A stretch of DNA of 32,000 nucleotides from the NCBI GenBank assembly GCA_030167145.1, contig CP126532.1, positions 2,790,001-2,822,000 of the forward strand, given 5' to 3'. Shown here piece by piece: positions 7,159 through 15,497 of this stretch (position 1 is the stretch's first letter; every line of letters begins with the position of its first letter). A model generated the notes under the pieces. That model was given only the letters and a program-made list of their open reading frames with translations, did not search any database and had not been told where the DNA came from. Source of the DNA: Ktedonobacterales bacterium. Lineage in GTDB: Bacteria; Chloroflexota; Ktedonobacteria; Ktedonobacterales; JADMIN01. Both the position numbers and the translations under genes were made by a program.

Positions 7159-8876
7159 TGTCGAATCAGTCCCATGAGCCTTCGCTGAATGGCACAGGGC
7201 CGGAGGCGGCGTCTTCGGATCCCCTTGAACGCTGCCTCCTGGCGGATGGAGTGCGCTGGCGCACAGCAACGCCGCCACCCGCCGAACCGTTCGAGCGGCG
7301 TATGATTGCGTCGCTGCGGCAGGAGGCGCAAGCCGTGGTCGAAGCATCCTCCATAGACGAGGATAAAAGCATGTCAGATCAGTTTGATGGAGAGATAGGG
7401 AATCAGCCTTCGCAGCGGCCAACGTCGCGCCGAGCGGGCAAGCTGAGCGCATTCGCGGCGCTGGTGGCGGCGGCGCTGATCGTGGCGCTGATGGCGCTGG
7501 CGTTGCATACGCTCGCGCCTGCCAGCAGGGTGGGCACGCATGCGAAGGGGACGCCGACCGTCGCGGCACATGTGACACATGCGCGCGGCCACTGGAGCGA
7601 TGTGGCGCGGTATACATTGAACGGATCCTCTTCCATATTCATCTCGCCCAGCAATCCCAACGTGGTCTATGAGGCGGTGGTGCCGCTCACGAATGCGACG
7701 ACCTACACGCTGCGGCGGAGCGATGACGGAGGGGCAACGTGGGTGAGCCTGCCCAACCCGACGATAGATGATCCGGCCTGGTTTGGGCAATTGTTTGCCA
7801 GTCCGCTCGATGCGCAGGTGGTATTTTTGACGCTCGGCTCGAACCAAACGAATGCGCAGTGTCCGAAGCCGTCGGGCCAGCCGGGGGCGTATGCGCGGCC
7901 CGATGATGGCGGCGCGGCACAGGCGTATCGGGGGCTGGCGCCCTTGTCCGGCGGCTATTCATGCTCGTTCCAGTACGTGAGTCGCGATGGTGGCCTGCAC
8001 TGGAGCCAGCCCGATTTTCCGCTGCCTGGGCAGCATTTCACTGGCGGCTTTCGTTTGACCGATGCGGCGCAGGCGCAGGGCAACCGGCTGTACGCGACGA
8101 TCACGGGCGACCTGAATGGTGTGGCGTACTTTGGCTCGCGGCTGGTGGCCAGCGACGATGGTGGCATGACATGGAGCGCGGCGGACAGCGACATACAGGC
8201 GCAGGGCGCTACCGTTGTCAGCTATCGCGCGATTCCTGGCGGCACGACACTCTTCGCGACGACGATGCCGCAGGGTACAGAAACCAACAATATGTCGCCG
8301 CCACTGCTCTGGCGGAGTGACGATGGCGGCGCACACTGGAGCCGGGTGGGTGCGCTGCCGCATGCGCAGACGCAACTGATTGGCGCGGGGACGGGGCCGC
8401 AAGGGATGCTGCTCTACGCGGCAATTCTGGATGGGTCAGCCCGGATGCCAGGCATCCTCGCCAGCGCAGACGGCGGCGCGACATGGCGGGCCGCACCCTC
8501 GGCGGGTTTCCCAGCCACGCCCACGACGACTACGGTTGGTAGCTCACCTGCGCCAACGCCGATTCCCATCCTGGTACCTGCGGCAGGTGTGGCGGCCGTA
8601 GGGATGCTGGCCGATGGCTCGCTGGTAGTGGAGTATTCGCCGCCGTGGAACCTGCAGAATCAGCCAGGCGGGGAGATACTTATGAACTACGATGTTGCCT
8701 ATTTCGGCTGGCGTCCAGGCGATAGCTCCTGGTTTCAGGTGACGCCGCAGCCCGGAAAAGGCGTGATCAACGAGGCGTGGATTGATGCGCCAGCGGACCA
8801 GCCGCAGGCCATCTGGATCGTCTTCGTGACGGCGGACAACACGACGTTCACAGTGCGTAAGTGTGTGTTGGGGTGA
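7158..8876 (+). CDS. Putative anti-sigma factor: cytoplasmic N-domain, one TM helix, extracytoplasmic BNR/Asp-box beta-propeller (572 aa)
   Basis: The start ATG overlaps the sigma stop (TGATG), indicating translational coupling. TM helix LSAFAALVAAALIVALMALALHTL. Five S-x-D-x-G-x-T/H-W Asp-boxes (SDDGGATW, SRDGGLHW, SDDGGMTW, SDDGGAHW, SADGGATW). The anti-sigma role is inferred from position and topology; no zf-HC2 motif was seen. Confidence 0.7.
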   Translation: MSNQSHEPSLNGTGPEAASSDPLERCLLADGVRWRTATPPPAEPFERRMIASLRQEAQAVVEASSIDEDKSMSDQFDGEIGNQPSQRPTSRRAGKLSAFAALVAAALIVALMALALHTLAPASRVGTHAKGTPTVAAHVTHARGHWSDVARYTLNGSSSIFISPSNPNVVYEAVVPLTNATTYTLRRSDDGGATWVSLPNPTIDDPAWFGQLFASPLDAQVVFLTLGSNQTNAQCPKPSGQPGAYARPDDGGAAQAYRGLAPLSGGYSCSFQYVSRDGGLHWSQPDFPLPGQHFTGGFRLTDAAQAQGNRLYATITGDLNGVAYFGSRLVASDDGGMTWSAADSDIQAQGATVVSYRAIPGGTTLFATTMPQGTETNNMSPPLLWRSDDGGAHWSRVGALPHAQTQLIGAGTGPQGMLLYAAILDGSARMPGILASADGGATWRAAPSAGFPATPTTTTVGSSPAPTPIPILVPAAGVAAVGMLADGSLVVEYSPPWNLQNQPGGEILMNYDVAYFGWRPGDSSWFQVTPQPGKGVINEAWIDAPADQPQAIWIVFVTADNTTFTVRKCVLG

Positions 8877-8907
8877 TGCAGGTAGCATGATGTAGCACAA
8901 GTACACG

Positions 8908-8950
8908 GAGCCGGGCGGAGTAGGGAGCTATTCGCGCCCGGCTTCTTCGT
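8908..8950 (+). terminator. Stem-loop between convergent genes, possible terminator of the sigma/anti-sigma operon
   Basis: GCCGGGCG (8910-8917) pairs with CGCCCGGC (8935-8942) and is followed by TTCTTCGT. It overlaps the last codons of ricT on the other strand. Confidence 0.35.
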
Positions 8951-9875
8951 GGGCGCCAGGGGGAGTGGTCAGGCGGTGGCGGTTGCGTCCGCAGTTGGGC
9001 TTGCCGCAGCCTTCGCCGTTGTGGACGGGGCGTGGCGGCTCGGCGGGTTTGTCGTAGCCGGGGAGTTCTTTGACGGGCATGGTGATGACCGCGCCGCTCT
9101 CCAGCATCAGGTCTACGGTGGCGCGGGGGACGTTCATGTTGGTGACGCGGCCCGCGCCGGAGGGGGTCATCAGCACTTCGCCGATGCCGGGCATCTCTTG
9201 CTTGGCGGCGATGTAGTCATCGTTTTCATAGGCCAGGCAGCACATCAGGCGGCCACAGACGCCGGAAATCTTGGCGGTGTTGAGGGGCAGGCCTTGCTCT
9301 TTGGCCATCTTGATGGAGACGACGTTGAATTCGGTGAGCCAGGAGCTACAGCAGAGAGTTTTGCCGCAGACGCCGACGCCGCCGAGTATTTTCGCGTGGT
9401 CGCGTGCGCCGATTTGGCGCAGCTCGATGCGGGTGCGGAAGAGTGAGGCGAGGTCGCGGACCAGCGTGCGGAAATCTACACGCTGCTCGGCGGTGAAGTA
9501 GAAGGTGAGGCGTGCGCCGTCGAAGGTGTATTCGGCCTCGACGAGCTTCATGGGCAGATCGTGGAAGGCGACGCGTTCGGCGCAGCGCTTCAAGACGTCT
9601 TTCTCTTTGGATTTGTACGCCAGCATCTGGCGTAAGTCATCCTCCGAGGCGAGACGCTGAATTGGCTTGAGGCCACCCTCGCCGGTTTCGGCGGCTTCGA
9701 CCTGGCGCGGTGCGATGACGACGCGCCCGCACTCGGCGCCTTTGGGGGTTTCCACGACTACCCACTGGCCGGTCTTCAGGTCGTGCCCGGCGGGATCGTA
9801 GTAATAGATGCGGCCGGTGGGGCGGAAACGGATGCCCACGACGCGAACCGCTGTGGTTGTCGCGACTTGTGACAT
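8928..9875 (-). CDS. ricT: PSP1-domain protein RicT/YaaT (315 aa)
   Basis: Close similarity along the whole length to B. subtilis YaaT as recalled (VVGIRFRPTGRIYYYDP, FYFTAEQRVDFRTLVRDLASLFRTRIELRQIG, CGKTLCCSSWL, ISGVCGRLMCCLAYEND). Confidence 0.93.
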   Translation of the reverse strand: MSQVATTTAVRVVGIRFRPTGRIYYYDPAGHDLKTGQWVVVETPKGAECGRVVIAPRQVEAAETGEGGLKPIQRLASEDDLRQMLAYKSKEKDVLKRCAERVAFHDLPMKLVEAEYTFDGARLTFYFTAEQRVDFRTLVRDLASLFRTRIELRQIGARDHAKILGGVGVCGKTLCCSSWLTEFNVVSIKMAKEQGLPLNTAKISGVCGRLMCCLAYENDDYIAAKQEMPGIGEVLMTPSGAGRVTNMNVPRATVDLMLESGAVITMPVKELPGYDKPAEPPRPVHNGEGCGKPNCGRNRHRLTTPPGAHEEAGRE

Positions 9876-9886
9876 AGGATGGAATC

Positions 9887-10465
9887 TCAGGCGTGCAGTT
9901 CTTCGGCCAACAGAATCGCGTCCGCAATTTCTTTCATGGATTTGCGGTTATTCATGCTGGCTTTCTGAATACGGCGAAACGCCTCTTGTTCGCTGATGCC
10001 ATGCTTCTGCATCAGCACGCCTTTTGCTTTCTCTACCACTTTGCGTGTCGCCAGGAGATCTTCGAGGTCTTTGACCCGTGTCTCCATCGCACGGTATTCC
10101 TGGAAGCGGCTCAGCGCAATCTCGATGGCGGGCTTGAGGTCGCTCTGACGCCAGGGCTTGGTGACGTAATGAACGACGCCAGCGTTGCGTGCGCGCTCGA
10201 TCAGCTCTTCATCGCTGAATGCGGTCAGCAGCAGAACGGGGGCGAGTTTCTCTTTGGTGAGGATCTCAGCGGCGGTGATACCGTCCATTTCGGGCATGCG
10301 GATGTCCATGACGACGAGCTGCGGGCGCAATTCGCGGGTGAGGTTGACCGCGCTCTGGCCGTCACCTGCCTCGCCGACGACGAGATAGCCCTGGCGTTGC
10401 AGTTCTTCTTTCAGATCCATGCGAATGACGGTTTTGTCTTCGGCAATGACTATTCGAGTGGGCAT
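9887..10465 (-). CDS. Response regulator with ANTAR RNA-binding output domain (PdtaR/AmiR-NasR type, ~192 aa)
   Basis: REC domain (RIVIAEDKTVIRMDL ... VVMDIRMPEMDG ... TKP) plus ANTAR (ATRKVVEKAKGVLMQKHGISEQEAFRRIQKASMNNRKSMKEIADAIL). The ORF-track start at 10597 is rejected. Two ATGs, at 10471 and 10465, follow GAGGG; 10465 has the better spacing. Confidence 0.9.
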   Translation of the reverse strand: MPTRIVIAEDKTVIRMDLKEELQRQGYLVVGEAGDGQSAVNLTRELRPQLVVMDIRMPEMDGITAAEILTKEKLAPVLLLTAFSDEELIERARNAGVVHYVTKPWRQSDLKPAIEIALSRFQEYRAMETRVKDLEDLLATRKVVEKAKGVLMQKHGISEQEAFRRIQKASMNNRKSMKEIADAILLAEELHA

Positions 10466-10593
10466 TGGCATGTCCCTCACGGCTTTGATGACAGGAAATT
10501 GACAGCGGAGCAGAGAAGTGCCCGGCAGGCTGTTGCGCCCCCGCGGACGCTGCCTTGGCGGCAGTATAGCACATCCAGCCGTGATGATGCGGC

Positions 10594-11130
10594 TCAACGC
10601 TCTGGCTCAGGATTGAGGGAGCCGTGTGTGCCCGCGCGCAAGCCGTCGTATATTTCGTACCGCACTTCACGGTGCGAGCGATAGACTTCACGGGTCGTGA
10701 TCAGCACGCCAGTCAGCAGTATCGCTGTTCCAAGGAGGAAGATAAACTCGGCGGCAATGGCGATGAGGATGAAGCCGGTGAGCGTGGCCGCAGCAATGAC
10801 GAACATACTCAGTACAAACGTGGCAATAGCGATCTGGAGTGTCACGATGGCGTTGCGCATCATGCTGAAGCGATATAACAGTTTCGGCAATTGCTTATCA
10901 AGTTCGTTCAGGCGTATCGCGTAAATGCCTGTGACTGCCGCAAGCGCTTCATCAACAGGTTTGTTGGTTTTCCGCAGAATCTTCAGGCGCTCGCGGTGCA
11001 TTTGTCGCAGCCGGTCGCTGAGAGAATTGTAGCGACTTTGCAGCCCGTTCAAGAAGACCGCGCAACTACTCACCATGACGACCGGAGCAAGGATCAGCGT
11101 GATGGCGCGAACGATGTTTTCGATCCTCAT
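10594..11130 (-). CDS. DUF2721-like membrane protein (178 aa)
   Basis: N-terminal hydrophobic segment followed by LSDRLRQMHRERL, then two C-terminal TM helices. This layout matches DUF2721 from memory. Confidence 0.6.
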   Translation of the reverse strand: MRIENIVRAITLILAPVVMVSSCAVFLNGLQSRYNSLSDRLRQMHRERLKILRKTNKPVDEALAAVTGIYAIRLNELDKQLPKLLYRFSMMRNAIVTLQIAIATFVLSMFVIAAATLTGFILIAIAAEFIFLLGTAILLTGVLITTREVYRSHREVRYEIYDGLRAGTHGSLNPEPER

Positions 11131-11230
11131 CGCATCTTTCCATCTCCCCTAGGGCCAGCGTCGCCTCTGCTGGCAAGCCACAGACTGGTTTATCGCCGGC
11201 ATGAATGCTCAAGGTATCGAGAGGAGCATG

Positions 11231-11275
11231 TTGAATAATCAAGAGAGCGCCCAGAAACCTTCTGAAGGCGCTCTC
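11231..11275 (-). terminator. Rho-independent terminator downstream of the HdeD-like gene
   Basis: GAGAGCGCC-CAGAA-ACC-TTCTG-AA-GGCGCTCTC (11243-11275). On the minus strand the hairpin is followed by TTGATTATT. Confidence 0.6.
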
Positions 11276-11301
11276 GTTTCAGTACACGATCCGGCAAAAT
11301 C

Positions 11302-11880
11302 TTACATGGCTGGCGCGGCGGTCGGGGGGAGATCGCGGACGGCAAACGCGCTGACGATGAAGGAGACGCCGCTGAAGATCAGGTCAATGCCGATGAAGAT
11401 GCCGATGGCATAGAGGCCGCTGACGGGCCAGTTGGCGAAGAGCAGGATGCCAAGCACCAGGGCGGCGAAGCCACCGAGCATCATCCAGCCCCAGCCTTGT
11501 CCGCGTTCGAGCAGCGCCAGGATCATCCGCATGACGCCGATGATGAGGAAGAAGATGCCGAGCAGGAAGGTGATGGTGAGCGCGGCGATGCTGGGACGGG
11601 TAATGAGCGCTAACCCGGCGAGCAGGAACACGATGCCGACGATCACGCGCAGCACGACCATAGCCGCGCCGCCACCGCGAAAGGCCCAGGCAAACTGCAT
11701 GACGCCGCCAATCAGCAAGACGATGCCGAGCAGGACCGTGGAGACGAGTGTGGTGGCGACGGTGCTGCTGAGGGCGATGAAGCCGAGAATCAGGAGAACG
11801 ATGCCCAACGCGAGGAGCCAACCCCAACTTGAGCGCATGCTTTGGAGGTCGTAGCCCTTCGTGGTATTTGAGAGGCTCAT
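11302..11880 (-). CDS. HdeD/DUF308 family membrane protein (192 aa)
   Basis: ORF 11302..11991(-) trimmed to the ATG at 11880 (AAAGGA RBS). Six predicted TM helices with the repeated G-rich pattern and size of HdeD. Confidence 0.7.
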   Translation of the reverse strand: MSLSNTTKGYDLQSMRSSWGWLLALGIVLLILGFIALSSTVATTLVSTVLLGIVLLIGGVMQFAWAFRGGGAAMVVLRVIVGIVFLLAGLALITRPSIAALTITFLLGIFFLIIGVMRMILALLERGQGWGWMMLGGFAALVLGILLFANWPVSGLYAIGIFIGIDLIFSGVSFIVSAFAVRDLPPTAAPAM

Positions 11881-12051
11881 CGTGCGTATCCTTTCTTGCG
11901 CGCGTCTAGCACGACCAGTGGAGTACCATGGCCTGTCTCCGCGCTCCCTCCTCAGAGCGCGGATGTGCGGGAGGCCGGGGTGGAACGTCACCCTATCGGC
12001 CCCTCATTTCAACTTCCGTACCACTGTTGGGGTGCTGGCGCGCACACGATG

Positions 12052-13371
12052 TCATCCCTGAGGGTTCGCCGGGCGCTCGCCAAGCGTGACTTTGACATCG
12101 TGCTGGCTGCCGCTGCGCACCACGGTGATGGTGACTTGCGTGCCTGGTGAAAGCCCCAGCAGCGTTCCCGCTAGATCAGCGTTGGAGGCGACGGCCTGGC
12201 CGTTGACGGCGACGATGATGTCGCCTGTCTGGATGCCCGCCTGTTGGGCCGGACTCGCGCCCGCTGCGTCGTTGCTGAAGCCAAGCACCAATACGCCGCT
12301 CTGCACGGGGAGGTTGTAGGCGCTGGCGAGCTGAGGGGTGACGTCTGTGCCGCTGATGCCGAGATAGCCCTGGCCGGTGTTGACCAGTTTGCCATCCTTG
12401 ATGAGTTGATCGGCGACGAAGATGACGCGGTTGGAGGGAATGGCAAAGCCGATGCCGTTGGCTGATGCGTTGGTGCCAGGGGAGACGGCGCCGAGGGTGG
12501 GCACGCCGATCAGCCGTCCTTGCAGGTCTACCAGAGCGCCACCGCTGTTGCCGGGGTTGATGGGGGCGCTGGTCTGGATCAGGCCGGTGAGTATCGGGGC
12601 AGGCCCGCCTGGGCCTTCGCCAGCGGTGCGATCCAGGGCGCTGACGATGCCGGTGGTGGCGGATTGCGTCAGGCCGAGCGGGCTGCCCATGGCGATGGCA
12701 AACTGCCCTACCTGGAGGTCGCTCGAATTGGCGACGGTGATGGGGTGGAGGTTGGGCGCATCAATTTTGACGACAGCCAGATCATCCTGTGCGGAGGCGC
12801 CGACCAGGGTTGCTGGATAGATTTGCGGGTTGCCCGCCAGGAGAACCGAGAGGTTGGAGAATCCGGTGACGACGTGGTCATTGGTGACGATATAGCTGCC
12901 GCTGCCATCGGAGCGGAGGATCTCGCCGGAGCCAATGCTGCCGCCGGATTGTCCGCCCTGGCCCATGACCTGCACGACGGATGGCTGCACCGTATGAATC
13001 ACATTGATGACCGTTTGCTGGAGGTCGGCGGCGCCAGGGGCGACGGCGACGGTGGCGACAGCGCCTGAATTGGTGGTCTGTTTGGCGCTACTCGCGCCAA
13101 CGGCGCAGCCACCGACAAACGCGAGCACGACGGCGACGAGGCCGCCGAGCAGCGCGAAGAGCGGGGTTCGATTCGGGCGCGGTGGCGTGGTGGGCGGTGT
13201 GACGGGAGTCGCGGCTTGTTGCTGTCCATCGTGCGGCGGCTGCATGGCGCTCGTGCCTTCGGGCAGCCCTGGGGTGAGCGGCGCGGGCTGGCCGTTCACG
13301 CCATCGCGCTGCGCGGCGTTGTGGTCGGTGTAGCCAGACTGTGGGTTCTCAGGGATCGGCGGGGTGGACAT
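12052..13371 (-). CDS. htrA: HtrA/DegP-family trypsin-like serine protease with C-terminal PDZ domain (439 aa)
   Basis: Pro-rich N-terminus, one TM helix, catalytic motifs TNDHVV, DLAVVK and GNSGGALVDLQGRLIGV, and PDZ (YLGISG ... GDIIVAVNG). AAAGGTGA RBS. Confidence 0.92.
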   Translation of the reverse strand: MSTPPIPENPQSGYTDHNAAQRDGVNGQPAPLTPGLPEGTSAMQPPHDGQQQAATPVTPPTTPPRPNRTPLFALLGGLVAVVLAFVGGCAVGASSAKQTTNSGAVATVAVAPGAADLQQTVINVIHTVQPSVVQVMGQGGQSGGSIGSGEILRSDGSGSYIVTNDHVVTGFSNLSVLLAGNPQIYPATLVGASAQDDLAVVKIDAPNLHPITVANSSDLQVGQFAIAMGSPLGLTQSATTGIVSALDRTAGEGPGGPAPILTGLIQTSAPINPGNSGGALVDLQGRLIGVPTLGAVSPGTNASANGIGFAIPSNRVIFVADQLIKDGKLVNTGQGYLGISGTDVTPQLASAYNLPVQSGVLVLGFSNDAAGASPAQQAGIQTGDIIVAVNGQAVASNADLAGTLLGLSPGTQVTITVVRSGSQHDVKVTLGERPANPQG

Positions 13372-13384
13372 AGTATCACCTTTT

Positions 13385-13427
13385 GCGGCGCGGAGGCCCT
13401 GCCCGTGAGGGCGGGAGTAAGCGCCGC
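13385..13427 (-). promoter_or_regulatory. Stable stem-loop immediately 5' of the htrA RBS (5'-UTR structure)
   Basis: GCGGCGC (13385-13391) pairs with GCGCCGC (13421-13427). An inner CCC(T)GCCC / GGGCGGG helix is capped by GTGA. On the minus strand it is followed directly by AAAAGGTGATACT-ATG. Confidence 0.3.
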
Positions 13428-13759
13428 TCTCCTTTCGTGTGCTAAACTGTCGGTGTGCTCAGGCACCCCAGTTTGCTGGGGACAACGGTTCAAACAGCAC
13501 GTGCACAACTGCACATTGATGGCGTTGCTGGCAGAAATGGTTGCCAGCGTCACATGTCCAACAATGGCTAACGTGGCAAGACGGGCCTCAATCCTCTTGC
13601 ACCACACGCGGCAGTGCTCACAAGAGTTGCTGCCGGGCCTTAGTCATCAGGCCAGACGCGGACACTCAGTGATGGGTGAACTGCAAGCCCCTGGCTTTCG
13701 CCATGGGGTAGATGACTCACTTCCTTCGCAAACGGGCATCTTTTAGAGGCTGGATTGAT

Positions 13760-15412
13760 TCAAGTTTCCGTGTGCGCGGATGCTATCAGCGCGTGCGGAG
13801 CGTGCGGGTGTCCGTCCGTGGCGTGGGTGGCGCGGGTAGGACGCGGCTGCCCCGGCCAGACTGCCGCCGCGTCGCGCAGTTGGTGGAGCATCCAATCCGC
13901 CAGTGTATCGCGCTCCACATCTTCGCGGGCGAGCCGCGCCAGGTTGGCACGCGCGTCGGTTGCCATTGTCAGCGCGCGGTAGAGCTGGTCTTTCGTTTCG
14001 ACGAGGTCGGTAGCCGTAACGGGCAACACGGCATCGGCCATTTGCAGGTAGGCGCCAGCGGTGCGCGAGAGTACGATCACGCCGTGGTGGGTGTTGGCGA
14101 CGGCGCCCTCCTTTGCTACCAGATTCATGCCATCAATAATGGGATTCACCAGCACCGCATCGGCGCGGCGCAACGCGACGAGCGCGCGGGCACGGTTGTT
14201 GTCGAAGTAGGCATGCACGGGCTTCCATTCTGGTGTGCCGTAGACTTTGTTGATGTGGTGGATGAGTTTGCGCACGTCGCGCCCATAGGCGCGATAGATG
14301 TCGAGACTCTCGCGGGAGGGCACGAGAAAGACGAGATGGCAGACCTTGCCATGGAGTTCGGGATGCCACAGGAGGAGATTTTCGTAGGCTAGGAGGCCGC
14401 GGATGATGTTCTTGGCTGGCTCAAGGCGGTCTACGCGGACGAGGATGCGCAGGTCGCTGTCGAAGAGGGGCGCGAACTGCTGGGCGGCCTGATGCGCCGC
14501 CGCCGAGCGTAGCGTGCGATGCACTTCGTCGGCGTCAATGGTGATGGGATAGGCGCGCGCCAGCAGCCGTTTGTTGCGCCAGCGCATGCGTCCTTCATCG
14601 TGATCTATGCGCGAGCCGGGGAGGACTTCGCGGGCGCATTCGAGGAAGTTGTGGGCGTCGCGCTCGGTCTGGAAGCCCAGGACATCGCAGGCGGCGAGGC
14701 TGGTGTAGATGTCGGTGAGGAAGGATTCGGGCAGGAGCCGCCAGTAGGTGAGTTCGGGCCAGGGGATATGGATGAATTGCTGGATAGAAGCGCGCGGCAG
14801 GCGCTGGCGCAGGTAGTGGGGGGTGAGGTAGAGGTGATAATCCTGCACGAGGACGATGGTGTTTGCGCCAGCGGTGTCGCGGGAGCGTTTGCTGGCGCCA
14901 GAGGCGCTGGCCAGCGCTTCATCGGCGATGGCGGCGGCGAGGGCGTGATTCACGAAATGATAGCCCTCATGCCAGGCGAGGTAATCGGCCTCGGTGAAGT
15001 TGGGTGTGCGGGTGGGGTCCCAGAGGTGGTGCTGTAGAAACCAGAGCGTCTGATTGCTGATGTGGTCGTAGTAGTGCGCATAGTTCTGGGGCGGCGTGTT
15101 CACGTAGCGCACGCGCACGTGCTGGTGTCCCAAGCGCACCTCGCGTGCTGGGGCAGCGGCGTCGGGGAAGACCTCGCGGTCGGTCTCCGACATGGCGACG
15201 GCGATCCAGGTGAGGGGAATATCGCCCGCAAGCGCGCCTAGCGCCGTAACCAAGCCACCCGATCCGCGTTTGGTGGTGAGTTTGCCGTCTGGCTCGCGAT
15301 GGTATTCTACGGGGCCGCGGTTGCTGGCGACGATCACGTGGCGGTCGCGCACGATCTGGGCGATGCGCCCGGCGAGTTGATCGTGCGAAACCGCGTGTGG
15401 GGACATTGCCAT
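13760..15412 (-). CDS. otsA: Alpha,alpha-trehalose-phosphate synthase (GT20, OtsA-like, 550 aa)
   Basis: GT20 signatures: VASNRGPVEY, SGGLVTAL, LVQDYHLYL, FIHIPWP and NPIIDGMNLVAKE. GAGGGAGAG RBS. A related GT20 specificity (for example glucosylglycerol-phosphate) cannot be excluded. Confidence 0.85.
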   Translation of the reverse strand: MAMSPHAVSHDQLAGRIAQIVRDRHVIVASNRGPVEYHREPDGKLTTKRGSGGLVTALGALAGDIPLTWIAVAMSETDREVFPDAAAPAREVRLGHQHVRVRYVNTPPQNYAHYYDHISNQTLWFLQHHLWDPTRTPNFTEADYLAWHEGYHFVNHALAAAIADEALASASGASKRSRDTAGANTIVLVQDYHLYLTPHYLRQRLPRASIQQFIHIPWPELTYWRLLPESFLTDIYTSLAACDVLGFQTERDAHNFLECAREVLPGSRIDHDEGRMRWRNKRLLARAYPITIDADEVHRTLRSAAAHQAAQQFAPLFDSDLRILVRVDRLEPAKNIIRGLLAYENLLLWHPELHGKVCHLVFLVPSRESLDIYRAYGRDVRKLIHHINKVYGTPEWKPVHAYFDNNRARALVALRRADAVLVNPIIDGMNLVAKEGAVANTHHGVIVLSRTAGAYLQMADAVLPVTATDLVETKDQLYRALTMATDARANLARLAREDVERDTLADWMLHQLRDAAAVWPGQPRPTRATHATDGHPHAPHALIASAHTET

Positions 15413-15497
15413 GAGCGCTCTCCCTCGCTGGCATAGAGGTGGAATCGTTATGTGGAGTCGCAGAGGCTATGCCAGCCGTGTTGCGGCGGCATGGACA

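Noticed and set aside
13480-13500. Possible tRNA T-arm (GGTTCAAAC)
   Set aside because: No flanking acceptor, D or anticodon arms can be folded. No tRNA-like cloverleaf was found anywhere in the window.
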